Shown: positions 23,974 through 32,228 of the stretch, one piece after another
Numbering within the stretch: position 1 is the stretch's first letter
Layout: every line of letters starts with the position of its first letter
DNA from: a virus
Strand: one strand, 5' to 3'
DNA length: 64,000 bases
Virus record (IMG/VR): IMGVR_UViG_3300044904_000300
Location: 1 to 64,000 of that record
Program-made: the position numbers and the translations under genes
Notes under the pieces: generated by a model
Seen by the model: only the letters and a program-made list of their open reading frames with translations
Told to the model about the DNA's origin: nothing
The model's database searches: none

Positions 23974-24049
23974 CCACCGGTAGCAGAGGTAGTTCATGCG
24001 CTTGGCTGCAACCCTTGAGAGAACGGTGCAAGTCCGTTACGGTGGTCTA
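23974..24049 (+). pseudogene. Degenerate tRNA-Cys(GCA)
   Basis: Loop CTGCAAC; U73; the anticodon stem has two mismatches and the 3' end is CTA rather than CCA. Confidence 0.6.
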
Positions 24050-24055
24050 GAAACT

Positions 24056-24265
24056 ATGAAAAAGCGACAGAAGATCGTGAAGTTGGTGATTTCCAGTTGT
24101 AAGGATTGTCCACACTGTAAGATTCAGTCGAGTCCTTACACGGGTGATTCGTTTGACATGGCCGACGATGATTGGCTCTGCATGAAGGCAGATAAGTTCA
24201 TCGTTGTAAGTGAACGTTTTTGGACGGCAAACAAAACACCGATTCCTCAGTGGTGCCCGCTGTGA
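24056..24265 (+). CDS. Small Cys-rich protein
   Basis: CKDCPHC...W.C...IPQWCPL. Confidence 0.65.
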   Translation: MKKRQKIVKLVISSCKDCPHCKIQSSPYTGDSFDMADDDWLCMKADKFIVVSERFWTANKTPIPQWCPL

Positions 24266-24591
24266 TTAGTCCTGTTGTAATGCTCTGCCTGTTCGTCGCG
24301 CACTACTTCGCGGATTTCGTGTTCCAGAGCGACAAGATGACCCTGAACAAGTCCAAGAGTTGGCGCTGGCTGTCTCTCCATTGCTTCATCTACGGCGTGT
24401 GTTTCCTACCGTGGGGATGGCAAGTGAGTCTGGCCTTGATGGGTACGCATTTCGTGATTGACGCGGTGACGAGCCGCCTGAATGCGTATTTTTGGGGACG
24501 AGGAGAACGACGTTACTTCTTCCTTACGCTTGGCGCGGACCAGATGCTACATATTGCATTGTTGGTGCTTGTTGCGCCATGGCAGTTTTGA
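24262..24591 (+). CDS. DUF3307-like membrane protein
   Basis: AHYFADFVFQ, LSLHC.IY, THFVID, GADQMLH. Confidence 0.8.
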   Translation: MISPVVMLCLFVAHYFADFVFQSDKMTLNKSKSWRWLSLHCFIYGVCFLPWGWQVSLALMGTHFVIDAVTSRLNAYFWGRGERRYFFLTLGADQMLHIALLVLVAPWQF

Positions 24592-24665
24592 GCTACTGTA
24601 AGTAAACGGTATACTGCGCCCCTCGTAAGGTCGCATTGCAGGTCCGATTCCTGCCAGTAGCTCCA
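24592..24665 (+). tRNA. tRNA-Thr(CGT)
   Basis: GCTACTG/CAGTAGC acceptor; loop CTCGTAA; TCCA. Confidence 0.83.
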
Positions 24666-24671
24666 GAGATT

Positions 24672-24745
24672 GCGGGCTTGGTGTAATAGTAGCATTAGAG
24701 CCTTCCAAGCTCCAGGTATGGATGCAAGTTCCATAGCCCGCTCCA
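24672..24745 (+). tRNA. tRNA-Gly(TCC)
   Basis: GCGGGCT/AGCCCGC acceptor; loop CTTCCAA; TCCA. Confidence 0.87.
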
Positions 24746-24777
24746 TTCAAGCGATACGCAGAAGGAAGAACATATTA

Positions 24778-24851
24778 GCCGCCATAGTTCAACAGCAGAA
24801 TACTCGGCCTGTACCCGAGGGATGGCCGTGCAAATCGGCCTGGCGGCTCCA
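24778..24851 (+). tRNA. tRNA-Thr(TGT)
   Basis: GCCGCCA/TGGCGGC acceptor; CTCGG-CCTGTAC-CCGAG (C33); TCCA. Confidence 0.82.
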
Positions 24852-24866
24852 TAAAAGGACGAAGGC

Positions 24867-25319
24867 GTGAACAAGAAGCTCATCGTCGGTGCGATTGCGT
24901 TGGTGCTTGTTGTGGTCTTTTTGGCGTGGCAGTTCCCGTCGAAACCTGTCGCGGACCCTATCGCATCAGCCAAGCAGTTGCTCGTAGAGAGTCACATTCC
25001 CGTGCCGCCGTATCCCGTGGAGCTAGTAGATTTCCGGCCGGCCTCGGTTCCAGCGGAAGTGGCGATGTGGGTGTATGTTCACACGCAAGTCATTTGGGTG
25101 CTGACGACCACGACCACCTATACGAGCGCGAAAGCAGGAGACCGAGGGTCGCTCATGTTGTTGGCCGCGATGCTAGTGCATGAGGGCGTTCACGCGGCCG
25201 GAAACCCGAATGAGGGTCCCGCGTATGATGCGGAGATTGATGCGTTGAAGAAGATGGGCGCGGACCAGACACTTATTCAGTTGGTAGCGCACACAAAAGA
25301 AACTGCGTTGTCGCAGTAG
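24867..25319 (+). CDS. Signal-anchored protein with HExxH motif
   Basis: SD GAAGG with GTG start; N-terminal TM; VHEGVH...E. Confidence 0.65.
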   Translation: MNKKLIVGAIALVLVVVFLAWQFPSKPVADPIASAKQLLVESHIPVPPYPVELVDFRPASVPAEVAMWVYVHTQVIWVLTTTTTYTSAKAGDRGSLMLLAAMLVHEGVHAAGNPNEGPAYDAEIDALKKMGADQTLIQLVAHTKETALSQ

Positions 25320-25324
25320 AGTTT

Positions 25325-25398
25325 GCTACGTTAGTTCAATAGCAGAATACGTGCTTGGTAAGCATGTGACGATGGAGCATAACCATCACGTAGCTCCA
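25325..25398 (+). tRNA. tRNA-Thr(GGT), atypical T-loop AGCATAA
   Basis: GCTACGT/ACGTAGC acceptor; CGTGC-TTGGTAA-GCATG; TCCA. Confidence 0.87.
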
Positions 25399-25409
25399 GA
25401 AACGAGAAT

Positions 25410-25625
25410 ATGAGAAAGCCTGCACCTGGTGAGACGGATAGAACGAAATATAGCAGTTCTTCAATGCAAACGTATGAACGTATGACGCCGATTGCGCGGG
25501 GCAGGTCTTTACGATATCGCCGGCGGAAAACGAACAAGGTGTTGCGAGAACAGGCAATGCGAAAGGCCGCATTTGACCCAACACCGCGGTTGGTAATAAA
25601 TCGCTCCCGTAGCCTAGCGGAATGA
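25410..25625 (+). CDS. Small basic hypothetical protein (overlaps the tRNA 5' end)
   Basis: 71-aa ORF; weak support. Confidence 0.4.
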   Translation: MRKPAPGETDRTKYSSSSMQTYERMTPIARGRSLRYRRRKTNKVLREQAMRKAAFDPTPRLVINRSRSLAE

Positions 25626-25679
25626 AGGCACAGGCCTCCGAAGCCTGACACGCAAGTTCGAGTCTTGCCGGGAGCACCA
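25603..25679 (+). tRNA. tRNA-Arg(CCG)
   Basis: GCTCCCG/CGGGAGC acceptor; CAGGC-CTCCGAA-GCCTG; ACCA. Confidence 0.9.
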
Positions 25680-25827
25680 AAGTTATGATGGTAAAGTTCA
25701 AGACCATTCGGGGCGGAAGAGTGTTTGACTTCTCACAAGAGGATGTGATACACTATATCTTGTCGATGCGAGTTGCCGACGTGGCAGCGTTTGTCGCCCG
25801 TCTGAAGAAAGAGTTGGCGGAACGAGT

Positions 25828-26385
25828 ATGAGTATGGACCGAATGAAGTGCCACAAGCATCCAAAGTATGAGGGTGTGGGTCAGCCCCGCTCTATGTGTG
25901 AGGACTGCTGGCGGATCTGGAATTTTGAGGAAGCGGAACGGAAGCAACGGGCCGTGGAGGAAGCGGAAGTCTCAACGATGAGCTACCAGGACCTGGCGGA
26001 ACCAGAGCTTCGGCAGCTTGTTTTGGACATCTGCGACAACAAGGTGTTCACGGATCGTCACTGCCGTAACTTTGATGAAGTGAGCCTGTGCTTTCCGGTG
26101 CTGATGTTCATGAAGCTCTGTGACCGCAAGTTCATCGCGGCCAATCCACCTGGATTGATTTGGGAGTTTTACTCCAAGGCCGCGCCGATGAGTGCGAACG
26201 GTCTTCCGATGTTCTGGTCCCTGCACTTCTTGTCACCGAATGACCAAGCGAAGCTCCACCCGATGGTGATTGCGGAGTTTGAACGACGGAAAGCGTATTT
26301 GCAGGAAGACCCCGGCGAACCCACACCTGGCACGGGCCCGTGCGGGGAAGCCAATTTCAGAGATGACGACGGAGATGGTGAGTAA
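25828..26385 (+). CDS. Hypothetical protein
   Basis: 185-aa ORF; CHKHPKY.G..PR..CEDCW; preceded by a 48-aa ORF at 25685-25831 with ATGA overlap. Confidence 0.6.
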   Translation: MSMDRMKCHKHPKYEGVGQPRSMCEDCWRIWNFEEAERKQRAVEEAEVSTMSYQDLAEPELRQLVLDICDNKVFTDRHCRNFDEVSLCFPVLMFMKLCDRKFIAANPPGLIWEFYSKAAPMSANGLPMFWSLHFLSPNDQAKLHPMVIAEFERRKAYLQEDPGEPTPGTGPCGEANFRDDDGDGE

Positions 26386-26391
26386 GTTTGT

Positions 26392-26480
26392 GGGCGGGTA
26401 GTCTCGTAGTAGGGCGAGGACGGGCTGTAAACCCGTTGGACTTCGGTCCCCCGTTGGCGCAACTCCAACCCTTCCCACCA
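26392..26480 (+). tRNA. tRNA-Tyr(GTA)
   Basis: ACGGG-CTGTAAA-CCCGT; V-arm GGAC-TTCG-GTCC; ACCA. Confidence 0.87.
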
Positions 26481-26486
26481 CATTTT

Positions 26487-26684
26487 ATGACGCATGACGA
26501 AGCGATGAGCGTTAAGGTCGGCGACGAGTTATTTTACACGGAACTTGTCGGACCGGACGCGAAAGATTCAGGAAAGTCGGTGGGGAAGGTGATGGTCATT
26601 CGTGTCTATCACGACCGACCGTATGTGTTCTTTGAGTTTGCTGGTCAACGTCGAATAGATAGTCAGTTACTAGTTCGTGAGTGA
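26487..26684 (+). CDS. Hypothetical protein
   Basis: ATG directly after the tRNA; SH3-like VKVGD.L pattern. Confidence 0.5.
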   Translation: MTHDEAMSVKVGDELFYTELVGPDAKDSGKSVGKVMVIRVYHDRPYVFFEFAGQRRIDSQLLVRE

Positions 26685-26727
26685 TTATCTTACATATGGC
26701 AAGGTATTGTAATACTAAATAGAGGAT

Positions 26728-27123
26728 ATGAAACGTTGTTCTCACTGCCATCAAGATAAAGAACTGGCTGAGTTTTCGTTCTTAAAGTCAAAACAACGGC
26801 ACGCATCGTGGTGTAAGCGGTGTTCGTCGGATGAGCGAATGAAAGCGTATCGTGATAATCGACCCGCAGAAATCGCCCGGCAGACAGAACGAAACAAAGA
26901 AATTAAAAAATTCATCCATTCACTGAAGACGGTGTGCGTTTTTTGTGGTGAATTGGAGAGGGTATGCTTGGAATTTCACCACAAGAACCCAGCAGAGAAA
27001 GAGTTTAGTATTGCCGGGGGCTATGGGTATTCTAGAGAGCACATTCTAAAAGAGATAGCTAAGTGTATTTGCGTCTGTGCTAACTGCCATCGTAAAATAC
27101 ACGCCGGAATTTTGCGGGCGTAA
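26728..27123 (+). CDS. HNH endonuclease (stop codon overlaps tRNA-Val)
   Basis: CSHC..CKRC; CVFCGE....LEFHH.NP..K...KC...CANCHRKIH; late promoter CTAAATA at 26715. Confidence 0.87.
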   Translation: MKRCSHCHQDKELAEFSFLKSKQRHASWCKRCSSDERMKAYRDNRPAEIARQTERNKEIKKFIHSLKTVCVFCGELERVCLEFHHKNPAEKEFSIAGGYGYSREHILKEIAKCICVCANCHRKIHAGILRA

Positions 27124-27188
27124 TTCAATGGCAGAAATTCTCTCTTACACGGAGAAAGTTGGGAGTTCAAGTCTCTCCGCCCGCACCA
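27114..27188 (+). tRNA. tRNA-Val(TAC)
   Basis: GCGGGCG/CGCCCGC acceptor; TCTCT-CTTACAC-GGAGA; ACCA. Confidence 0.87.
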
Positions 27189-27192
27189 TATT

Positions 27193-27266
27193 GGGTCAGT
27201 CGTTTAACGGTAGGACTGCGGACTCCAAACCCGCTGATGGGCGTTCGATTCGCTCCTGGCCCGCCA
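27193..27266 (+). tRNA. tRNA-Trp(CCA)
   Basis: GGGTCAG/CTGGCCC acceptor; loop CTCCAAA; GCCA. Confidence 0.87.
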
Positions 27267-27283
27267 TTTGAGAAAGTTAGAGT

Positions 27284-27691
27284 ATGAAAGCAACGCAGTG
27301 GAAGCAACGAAAGTGTGTCGGGGATGGGTGGATGCGAGAGTTGGTTCTTCCGTTCCTTACGATGGTTGAAGCAGCATGTCCTGATGTTGAAATCAACGAT
27401 ATTAAAGAGAAGTTCGGCACGCTCCGCATTTATGCGGCAGGCCCCGAATGGTTGTTTAACGTTGAACGAGTGTTTGAAAGTGCATCCGAGCAGTGTTGTG
27501 AGGATTGCGGACTTTGGCACGGGGAATATGACGACCGCACAAACAAGTATGCCATCGTCGCAGAGGGTCCGATTTTTCCCGATGGAGGTTGGATCAAAAC
27601 GTTGTGTTATACATGTCGGGACATCCGACAGAAGGAAGACGAGCGTAAGTTAGCGGAGAGTAAGTTAGCGGAAAGCGGGGGCGTGGCGTAA
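27284..27691 (+). CDS. Hypothetical protein
   Basis: GDGW..L....IKEKFGTLR.Y....CEDCG....W.KTLC..C. Confidence 0.7.
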   Translation: MKATQWKQRKCVGDGWMRELVLPFLTMVEAACPDVEINDIKEKFGTLRIYAAGPEWLFNVERVFESASEQCCEDCGLWHGEYDDRTNKYAIVAEGPIFPDGGWIKTLCYTCRDIRQKEDERKLAESKLAESGGVA

Positions 27692-27750
27692 CAGTAGCGC
27701 ACGGGGCCTTGGACCCTGGGGATGTGGTGCGACTCCACAAGCCTCCGCCA
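27677..27750 (+). tRNA. tRNA-Gln(TTG), atypical
   Basis: CGGGG-CCTTGGA-CCCTG (C33); TGTGG-TGCGACT-CCACA; GCCA; G7.A66 mismatch. Confidence 0.7.
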
Positions 27751-27764
27751 TACACATCTTGTGT

Positions 27765-27892
27765 GGGTCTGTAGCTCAGGTCCGGTTAGAGCATCTATGT
27801 ATTCCGAAATGGATACTAGTTTTGAGACAGGAACGCCCAATTGATAAGTGACTTGTAGAAGGTCGGTGGTTCAAATCCACCCAGACCCAGCA
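27765..27892 (+). tRNA. Ile-like tRNA with 56 nt replacing the 7-nt anticodon loop; 3' end GCA
   Basis: GGGTCTG/CAGACCC acceptor, canonical D- and T-arms, anticodon stem TCTAT (27794-98)/GTAGA (27855-59). Confidence 0.7.
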
Positions 27893-27978
27893 TCTTGCCA
27901 AGAACGAGGCGCCTGGCCGCGCCTACCGACAACATAGCACGAGGTCGGAGCAAGAGGGAAAGACACACAAGAGAAAGT

Positions 27979-28245
27979 ATGCACAAAAAGATTCGTCCAG
28001 CTAAACATACCAAGCATTTCATTCGTCAGTTTCCTCACTGCGATCAACGGGTGCTTCATGCGCCCGGAGAGTGTGAGTATTGCGACATGCACCCGGACTG
28101 GCAAGAGATTCGTGAAGCATGGGGAATCGCATTTACTGGGTACGAACCGGATGCTGGAGAGCTTCCGTGTCCGGCGACCGTAAAGCGTCCTCTTGACGTG
28201 ATCAATATGTGGGGCGGAAACGTTCCGCGCCCAGTAAAGAAATAG
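27979..28245 (+). CDS. Hypothetical protein
   Basis: FPHCDQRVLHAPGECEYCD.HP.WQ.LR..WGI.FTG motif. Confidence 0.7.
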   Translation: MHKKIRPAKHTKHFIRQFPHCDQRVLHAPGECEYCDMHPDWQEIREAWGIAFTGYEPDAGELPCPATVKRPLDVINMWGGNVPRPVKK

Positions 28246-28250
28246 AATAC

Positions 28251-28324
28251 AGCCTTTTGGTGTAATAGTAGCACGCCTGGCTCTGAACCAGGTAGTCTAG
28301 GTGCGAATCCTAGAGAGGCTGCCA
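28251..28324 (+). tRNA. tRNA-Gln(CTG)
   Basis: AGCCTTT/AGAGGCT acceptor; CCTGG-CTCTGAA-CCAGG; GCCA. Confidence 0.87.
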
Positions 28325-28326
28325 AC

Positions 28327-28523
28327 TTACTTGGATGGGTGTATAAAACGCCAGAACGCGGCGAAGCAGAAGAGATAGACGACGGACAGCACGTATTCCG
28401 CCGCCTTCAATTTGTAGATGAGAAGAAGAGAGTGCGGAACCATTAGCGTTTCTTGAGCCGGTCCCAAGCGCATGACGCGCCAAGGAATACTCCGCCGATG
28501 ATCGCTAGTGTAAAAATCAACAT
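28327..28523 (-). CDS. Two coupled small hydrophobic ORFs (28443-28523, 26 aa; 28327-28443, 38 aa)
   Basis: TAATG overlap; MLIFTLAIIGGVFLGASCAWDRLKKR and MVPHSLLLIYKLKAAEYVLSVVYLFCFAAFWRFIHPSK. Confidence 0.45.
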
Positions 28524-28675
28524 ATCGTGTAGAAAAACACTCCTTTCCAGTAAGATGTGCAAGAGGCGTTCCAGAAAACGAAGTGCTTGGGAACACAGGA
28601 CATCGCGGGATTTGGGGCAAACAAACGCGAAAAAGTTGTTGATTTCTACGACGAGGTGTGAGATAATCTAACAGT

Positions 28676-28954
28676 ATGGTGAAGAAAACCTTTGAACGCA
28701 GTATCACGGTCACCGCGGTTCAGTTCAATCCCGAGGACCCCGAGTGGCACCACAGTATTCAGGTGGGCACGCTCAACGGAAAAATCCATCACCCCGAGAA
28801 CCCTTCTTATTCGTGTATCATTCCACTTGACCACACCTATACGATTCATCCCGGTGACTGGATTATCGTAGACGACATGAACAACGCCACGGGTATCATT
28901 TTCCAGTTTCAACTCAAGGACCCAGACTTCTGGCATGTGAAGGAACTTGACTAA
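28676..28954 (+). CDS. Hypothetical protein
   Basis: V.AVQFN...I.PGDWII motif; promoter TTGATT-17-GATAAT upstream. Confidence 0.65.
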   Translation: MVKKTFERSITVTAVQFNPEDPEWHHSIQVGTLNGKIHHPENPSYSCIIPLDHTYTIHPGDWIIVDDMNNATGIIFQFQLKDPDFWHVKELD

Positions 28955-29151
28955 TGCCCCGATGGGATTTCTACTGCCAGGAATGCGGCGCGATGTATCC
29001 TGACCTCTCGTTTGCGACCTACGAGGCTTCCCAAGAAGCGGAGTGTCCCAAGTGTCTTGCTCCGTTGAAGCGGCTTCCGTCCGCACCAGGCACCTTCATC
29101 CTGAAGGGCAAGGGCTTCCATAAGAATGATTACCCAGCGTCTAATAAGTAG
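28954..29151 (+). CDS. FmdB-family Zn-ribbon protein
   Basis: MPRWDFYCQECG...CPKC..LKR.PS..F.LKG.GF.K.DY. Confidence 0.85.
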   Translation: MPRWDFYCQECGAMYPDLSFATYEASQEAECPKCLAPLKRLPSAPGTFILKGKGFHKNDYPASNK

Positions 29152-29190
29152 GTGTATGATTGTGACCGTAGCAAAGGACTGTGAGATACT

Positions 29191-30147
29191 ATGAGTGAGA
29201 CAACGAAACCGATGGGCGGCACCGAACTACATTTCGAGCGCCTTTTGGCGGCCTTCCCCGAGGAAATGGCACAAGTGCAATATATTTCCTCTCGCCCGCA
29301 GGAGTATACGCTTGAGGACAAGCCCCGCATTCTCCACCTCCACGATACCGCGCAGGACCCTGCGAGTGCGTGTCTGCGAGATAAGAGTTACCGAACCAAC
29401 TTCAATAAGATCGTCTGTGTGTCGCATCGGCAGGCCTATGACTACAGCGTGTTCCTCGGCATCGCTCCGAGTGAACTGACTGTTGTGAAGAACAGCGTTC
29501 CGCTGCTACAACCCACACTCCCGAAGCCAATAGTGGATGGACGCATCAGGTTCATCTATACGAGCACTCCGCATCGGGGGCTGGAGATTCTAGCGGTCGT
29601 CGCCCGAGAGCTTGCTAAAGTGCGCCAGGACTGGGTATTGGATGTCTATTCATCATTCAAACTCTACGGCAGAGATACACAGGATTTGCAGTATGCCCAT
29701 GTGTATGAGATGCTCAAGACAAATCCCTGCGTCAACTACCACGGGACTCAACCAAACGAAGTGGTCCGTCAGGCTTGCCTAGACGCGCATGTGATGGCAT
29801 ATCCTTCAGTCTACTATGAAACCTCTTGCATGGCAATCATGGAAGCGATGATGTCGGGATGTCTCGTCATTACATCCAGCTTGGGCGCGTTGCCCGAGAC
29901 ATGTGGCGATTGGGCATGGATGTTCCCGTATTCCGAAAACCCCGACCATGTCGCGCAACATACCTATAACATGATGATTTCTGCGTTGGACCATTACAGC
30001 GATCCTGCGGTTCAGGTCGCGCTCCAGCTTCAGAGTGGTTACTACCAGAACTTCTACTCGTTTGAAGCACGGAAACCGCAGTGGAAAGCTCTATTGGATG
30101 TGGTGATCAAAGAAGGTCGACCGCAGGAGAAGTTGGTGATCTACTAA
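29191..30147 (+). CDS. Glycosyltransferase (GT4-like)
   Basis: GGTE, IYTSTPHRGL, YPS.Y.ETSC.A.MEAM.SG.LV.TS.LGAL.ET. Confidence 0.85.
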   Translation: MSETTKPMGGTELHFERLLAAFPEEMAQVQYISSRPQEYTLEDKPRILHLHDTAQDPASACLRDKSYRTNFNKIVCVSHRQAYDYSVFLGIAPSELTVVKNSVPLLQPTLPKPIVDGRIRFIYTSTPHRGLEILAVVARELAKVRQDWVLDVYSSFKLYGRDTQDLQYAHVYEMLKTNPCVNYHGTQPNEVVRQACLDAHVMAYPSVYYETSCMAIMEAMMSGCLVITSSLGALPETCGDWAWMFPYSENPDHVAQHTYNMMISALDHYSDPAVQVALQLQSGYYQNFYSFEARKPQWKALLDVVIKEGRPQEKLVIY

Positions 30148-30392
30148 TGGGAAAAGTGCTAGAGTTTATGACGCGGGAACAGCGAGACCCGTTTGTGGTG
30201 CTGAAGACGCGCACCTTGGATACTGTGCGGGAGTTGGTGGACTACTACAAGTCAACAGGAAAGTGGGACCCCGCATCATGCGATGAGCATGTGATCCATG
30301 CAATAGATGAGTTACAAGTTGTCTGCGCGATTGTTGCGGGCAAGATTACGATAACAGGAGTGAGCGATGAACAGCCGCCGAGCGTTGGGTGA
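30147..30392 (+). CDS. Hypothetical protein
   Basis: TAATG overlap. Confidence 0.55.
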   Translation: MGKVLEFMTREQRDPFVVLKTRTLDTVRELVDYYKSTGKWDPASCDEHVIHAIDELQVVCAIVAGKITITGVSDEQPPSVG

Positions 30393-30864
30393 AGTATTTG
30401 ATACCGTTGCGAAAAAGATCAAGCATGATGATAAGATCAAGGTGCTGCAAGAGGCTGCATCCGCGCCGTTGTTCTATCTTTTGCGTCTGGCCTATAACGA
30501 GGTTCCTTGGCAGTTGCCTCCGGGTGCGCCGCCCTATAAGCCTTTTGAGGGACGCTCTGGTGCAAGCGGAACGGACCTCATGAATACGGTGAAGCGTCTG
30601 TATATGTTCTTCAAGGGCATCGAGCCGAACATGAAGCAGCTTCGTCGGGAAAAGCTCTTTCAGGATGTGCTTGAATCGCTAGACCAGAACGAAGCTCTGG
30701 TGCTTTTGGCGATCAAGGATCGGACGCTGGAAAAGCAGTATCGGCTCCCGCGCAAGGTCGTGGAGGCCGCGTTCCCGAAGTTGCTCGACCCGCCATTCCC
30801 TTTGAAGTTTGGGTGGAAACCACAGGGACCGCTCCCTGTTGTCGCCGGTTCGCGGTGGATGTAA
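30367..30864 (+). CDS. Conserved T4-like-phage hypothetical protein
   Basis: K..L....LP.G.PPYK......LY.F.KG....L..RRE.LF..LE.L...EA.LL..IKD..L pattern. Confidence 0.75.
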   Translation: MNSRRALGEVFDTVAKKIKHDDKIKVLQEAASAPLFYLLRLAYNEVPWQLPPGAPPYKPFEGRSGASGTDLMNTVKRLYMFFKGIEPNMKQLRREKLFQDVLESLDQNEALVLLAIKDRTLEKQYRLPRKVVEAAFPKLLDPPFPLKFGWKPQGPLPVVAGSRWM

Positions 30865-30876
30865 CCAGGAGATAGT

Positions 30877-31065
30877 GTGTCCAGAGATTTTCGTCACGGG
30901 ATGAAGCAAAACATGAAGTCGGGGTTCAAGAAGTCCAAGCGGGAAGAAGTCGCACCGCGAGACGACAAGGCCCCATCCAAACAGCAACGCGAGCAAACGC
31001 TACGCCATCTGGTCCGACACCAGGACCTTGATGCGTTCGAGGACTATGACGAACCCGACATCTAA
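30877..31065 (+). CDS. Small basic hypothetical protein
   Basis: SD AGGAG. Confidence 0.55.
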   Translation: MSRDFRHGMKQNMKSGFKKSKREEVAPRDDKAPSKQQREQTLRHLVRHQDLDAFEDYDEPDI

Positions 31066-31393
31066 CAACGTTGCGTTATATCGTCAGTCGGCGCCAGAAG
31101 AAGGTGGCTTCATCAACGACGCGGACGAATATACTGCGATGCGAGACTTCACGCTGCATATGGTTTATGCGGCCGACCCGCACGATCTCATGGATACGAT
31201 CCTGACCATCGCGAATGTCTGTGAAGCTCGGGCGATTACTGCGGACATCGTGCCCGAACGCGCCGAATGGTATCGGCAAACTGGGCGCCTGGCGCGGGCG
31301 ATGCTCACGATGCTCCGTCGTCCCTACGCGCTCCCGAACATCAAACTCGAAAATCCAGCACTCTATTTCCCCGATGCGGAAGGGGAGTCCTAA
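31046..31393 (+). CDS. Hypothetical protein
   Basis: SD GAGGA. Confidence 0.55.
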   Translation: MTNPTSNNVALYRQSAPEEGGFINDADEYTAMRDFTLHMVYAADPHDLMDTILTIANVCEARAITADIVPERAEWYRQTGRLARAMLTMLRRPYALPNIKLENPALYFPDAEGES

Positions 31394-31427
31394 AGGGGAT
31401 TCCGCTAAATAATCCCCGAGGTGTTAC

Positions 31428-31961
31428 ATGGCGCATCCGCTCACGATGAAGATTCCGCTGCTAGAAGGCCGACGCGAAGAAGACGAGAAAGACTGGCTAG
31501 ATTCGCACCCAGGATTTGAGTTTGGTGTGTATGACGGGAAAGAACTCGTCAGCACTCATCCAAGTATTCCGCTGGCGCGTCGGGCTGCGAAGAAAGCGAT
31601 CAAGACCGGAACGGATATACGAATACGGGACATACACAATCCCGACCGGGTATATTTTCATGAAGAGGAAGACCTCAGCGAATCCGCATATCCTGGTGCG
31701 ACCCGTGAGGAAGCTGGATTACTCGACATTCTCCAGCAGGAGCTTGGTGTGCAGCATGTCCATGATGCGTACCCGTTGATTGATTTTGAGAACCTCAAGT
31801 TTGAGATTGGTGTCGCCAAGCGCCTGAAGTTCCCCGATGTGACAGTCAAAGTCAAGCAAGGTCCCGCGTTTAGACTTTCGTTAGAACTGGCGCAGGTGTT
31901 GCTCAAAGGAAAACAGAGTAACATTCGAAGCCTCAAAAAGTATGTGAATTCGCGTTGGTAG
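31428..31961 (+). CDS. Late hypothetical protein
   Basis: Late promoter CTAAATA at 31405; SD GAGG. Confidence 0.6.
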   Translation: MAHPLTMKIPLLEGRREEDEKDWLDSHPGFEFGVYDGKELVSTHPSIPLARRAAKKAIKTGTDIRIRDIHNPDRVYFHEEEDLSESAYPGATREEAGLLDILQQELGVQHVHDAYPLIDFENLKFEIGVAKRLKFPDVTVKVKQGPAFRLSLELAQVLLKGKQSNIRSLKKYVNSRW

Positions 31962-31970
31962 GAGTAGAGA

Positions 31971-32222
31971 ATGCCCAGATATAATTATCGTTGTGTAGAG
32001 TGCGAACACACTTGGGAAGAGGACCACACGATTGCGGAGCGAGATATACCTACCGGCAAACCGTGCCCAAAGTGCGGCAAACCGGCAATCGAAAAATATC
32101 TTCCCTCAACGACCGGTCTGTGCTATACTGCTGAAAGTGGCCGACCCAAGACCTCGGATGCGTTCAAAGATATTCTGCGGAACATCAAGAAGCAGCATCG
32201 TGGGTCGCAGATCAACGTATAG
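31971..32222 (+). CDS. FmdB-family Zn-ribbon protein (T4-like type)
   Basis: MPRYNYRCVEC.H..E...I.ER..P...CPKCG; K.SD.FKD.L..IK..H. Confidence 0.85.
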   Translation: MPRYNYRCVECEHTWEEDHTIAERDIPTGKPCPKCGKPAIEKYLPSTTGLCYTAESGRPKTSDAFKDILRNIKKQHRGSQINV

Positions 32223-32228
32223 GAGCGT

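Noticed and set aside
23782-23997. Minus-strand 71-aa ORF
   Set aside because: It overlaps tRNA-Gly and a structured spacer on the plus strand and has no RBS.
27643-27675. 15-bp tandem repeat GTAAGTTAGCGGA(G/A)A
   Set aside because: There are only two copies, in frame within an ORF (KLAES x2). This is a local duplication, not a CRISPR or regulatory array.
8086-28324. Theta/HDV ribozymes directly 3' of tRNAs
   Set aside because: In the spacers I checked by eye I found no G-initiated P1 with P3/L3 and J4/2. A motif search would be needed to exclude them fully.
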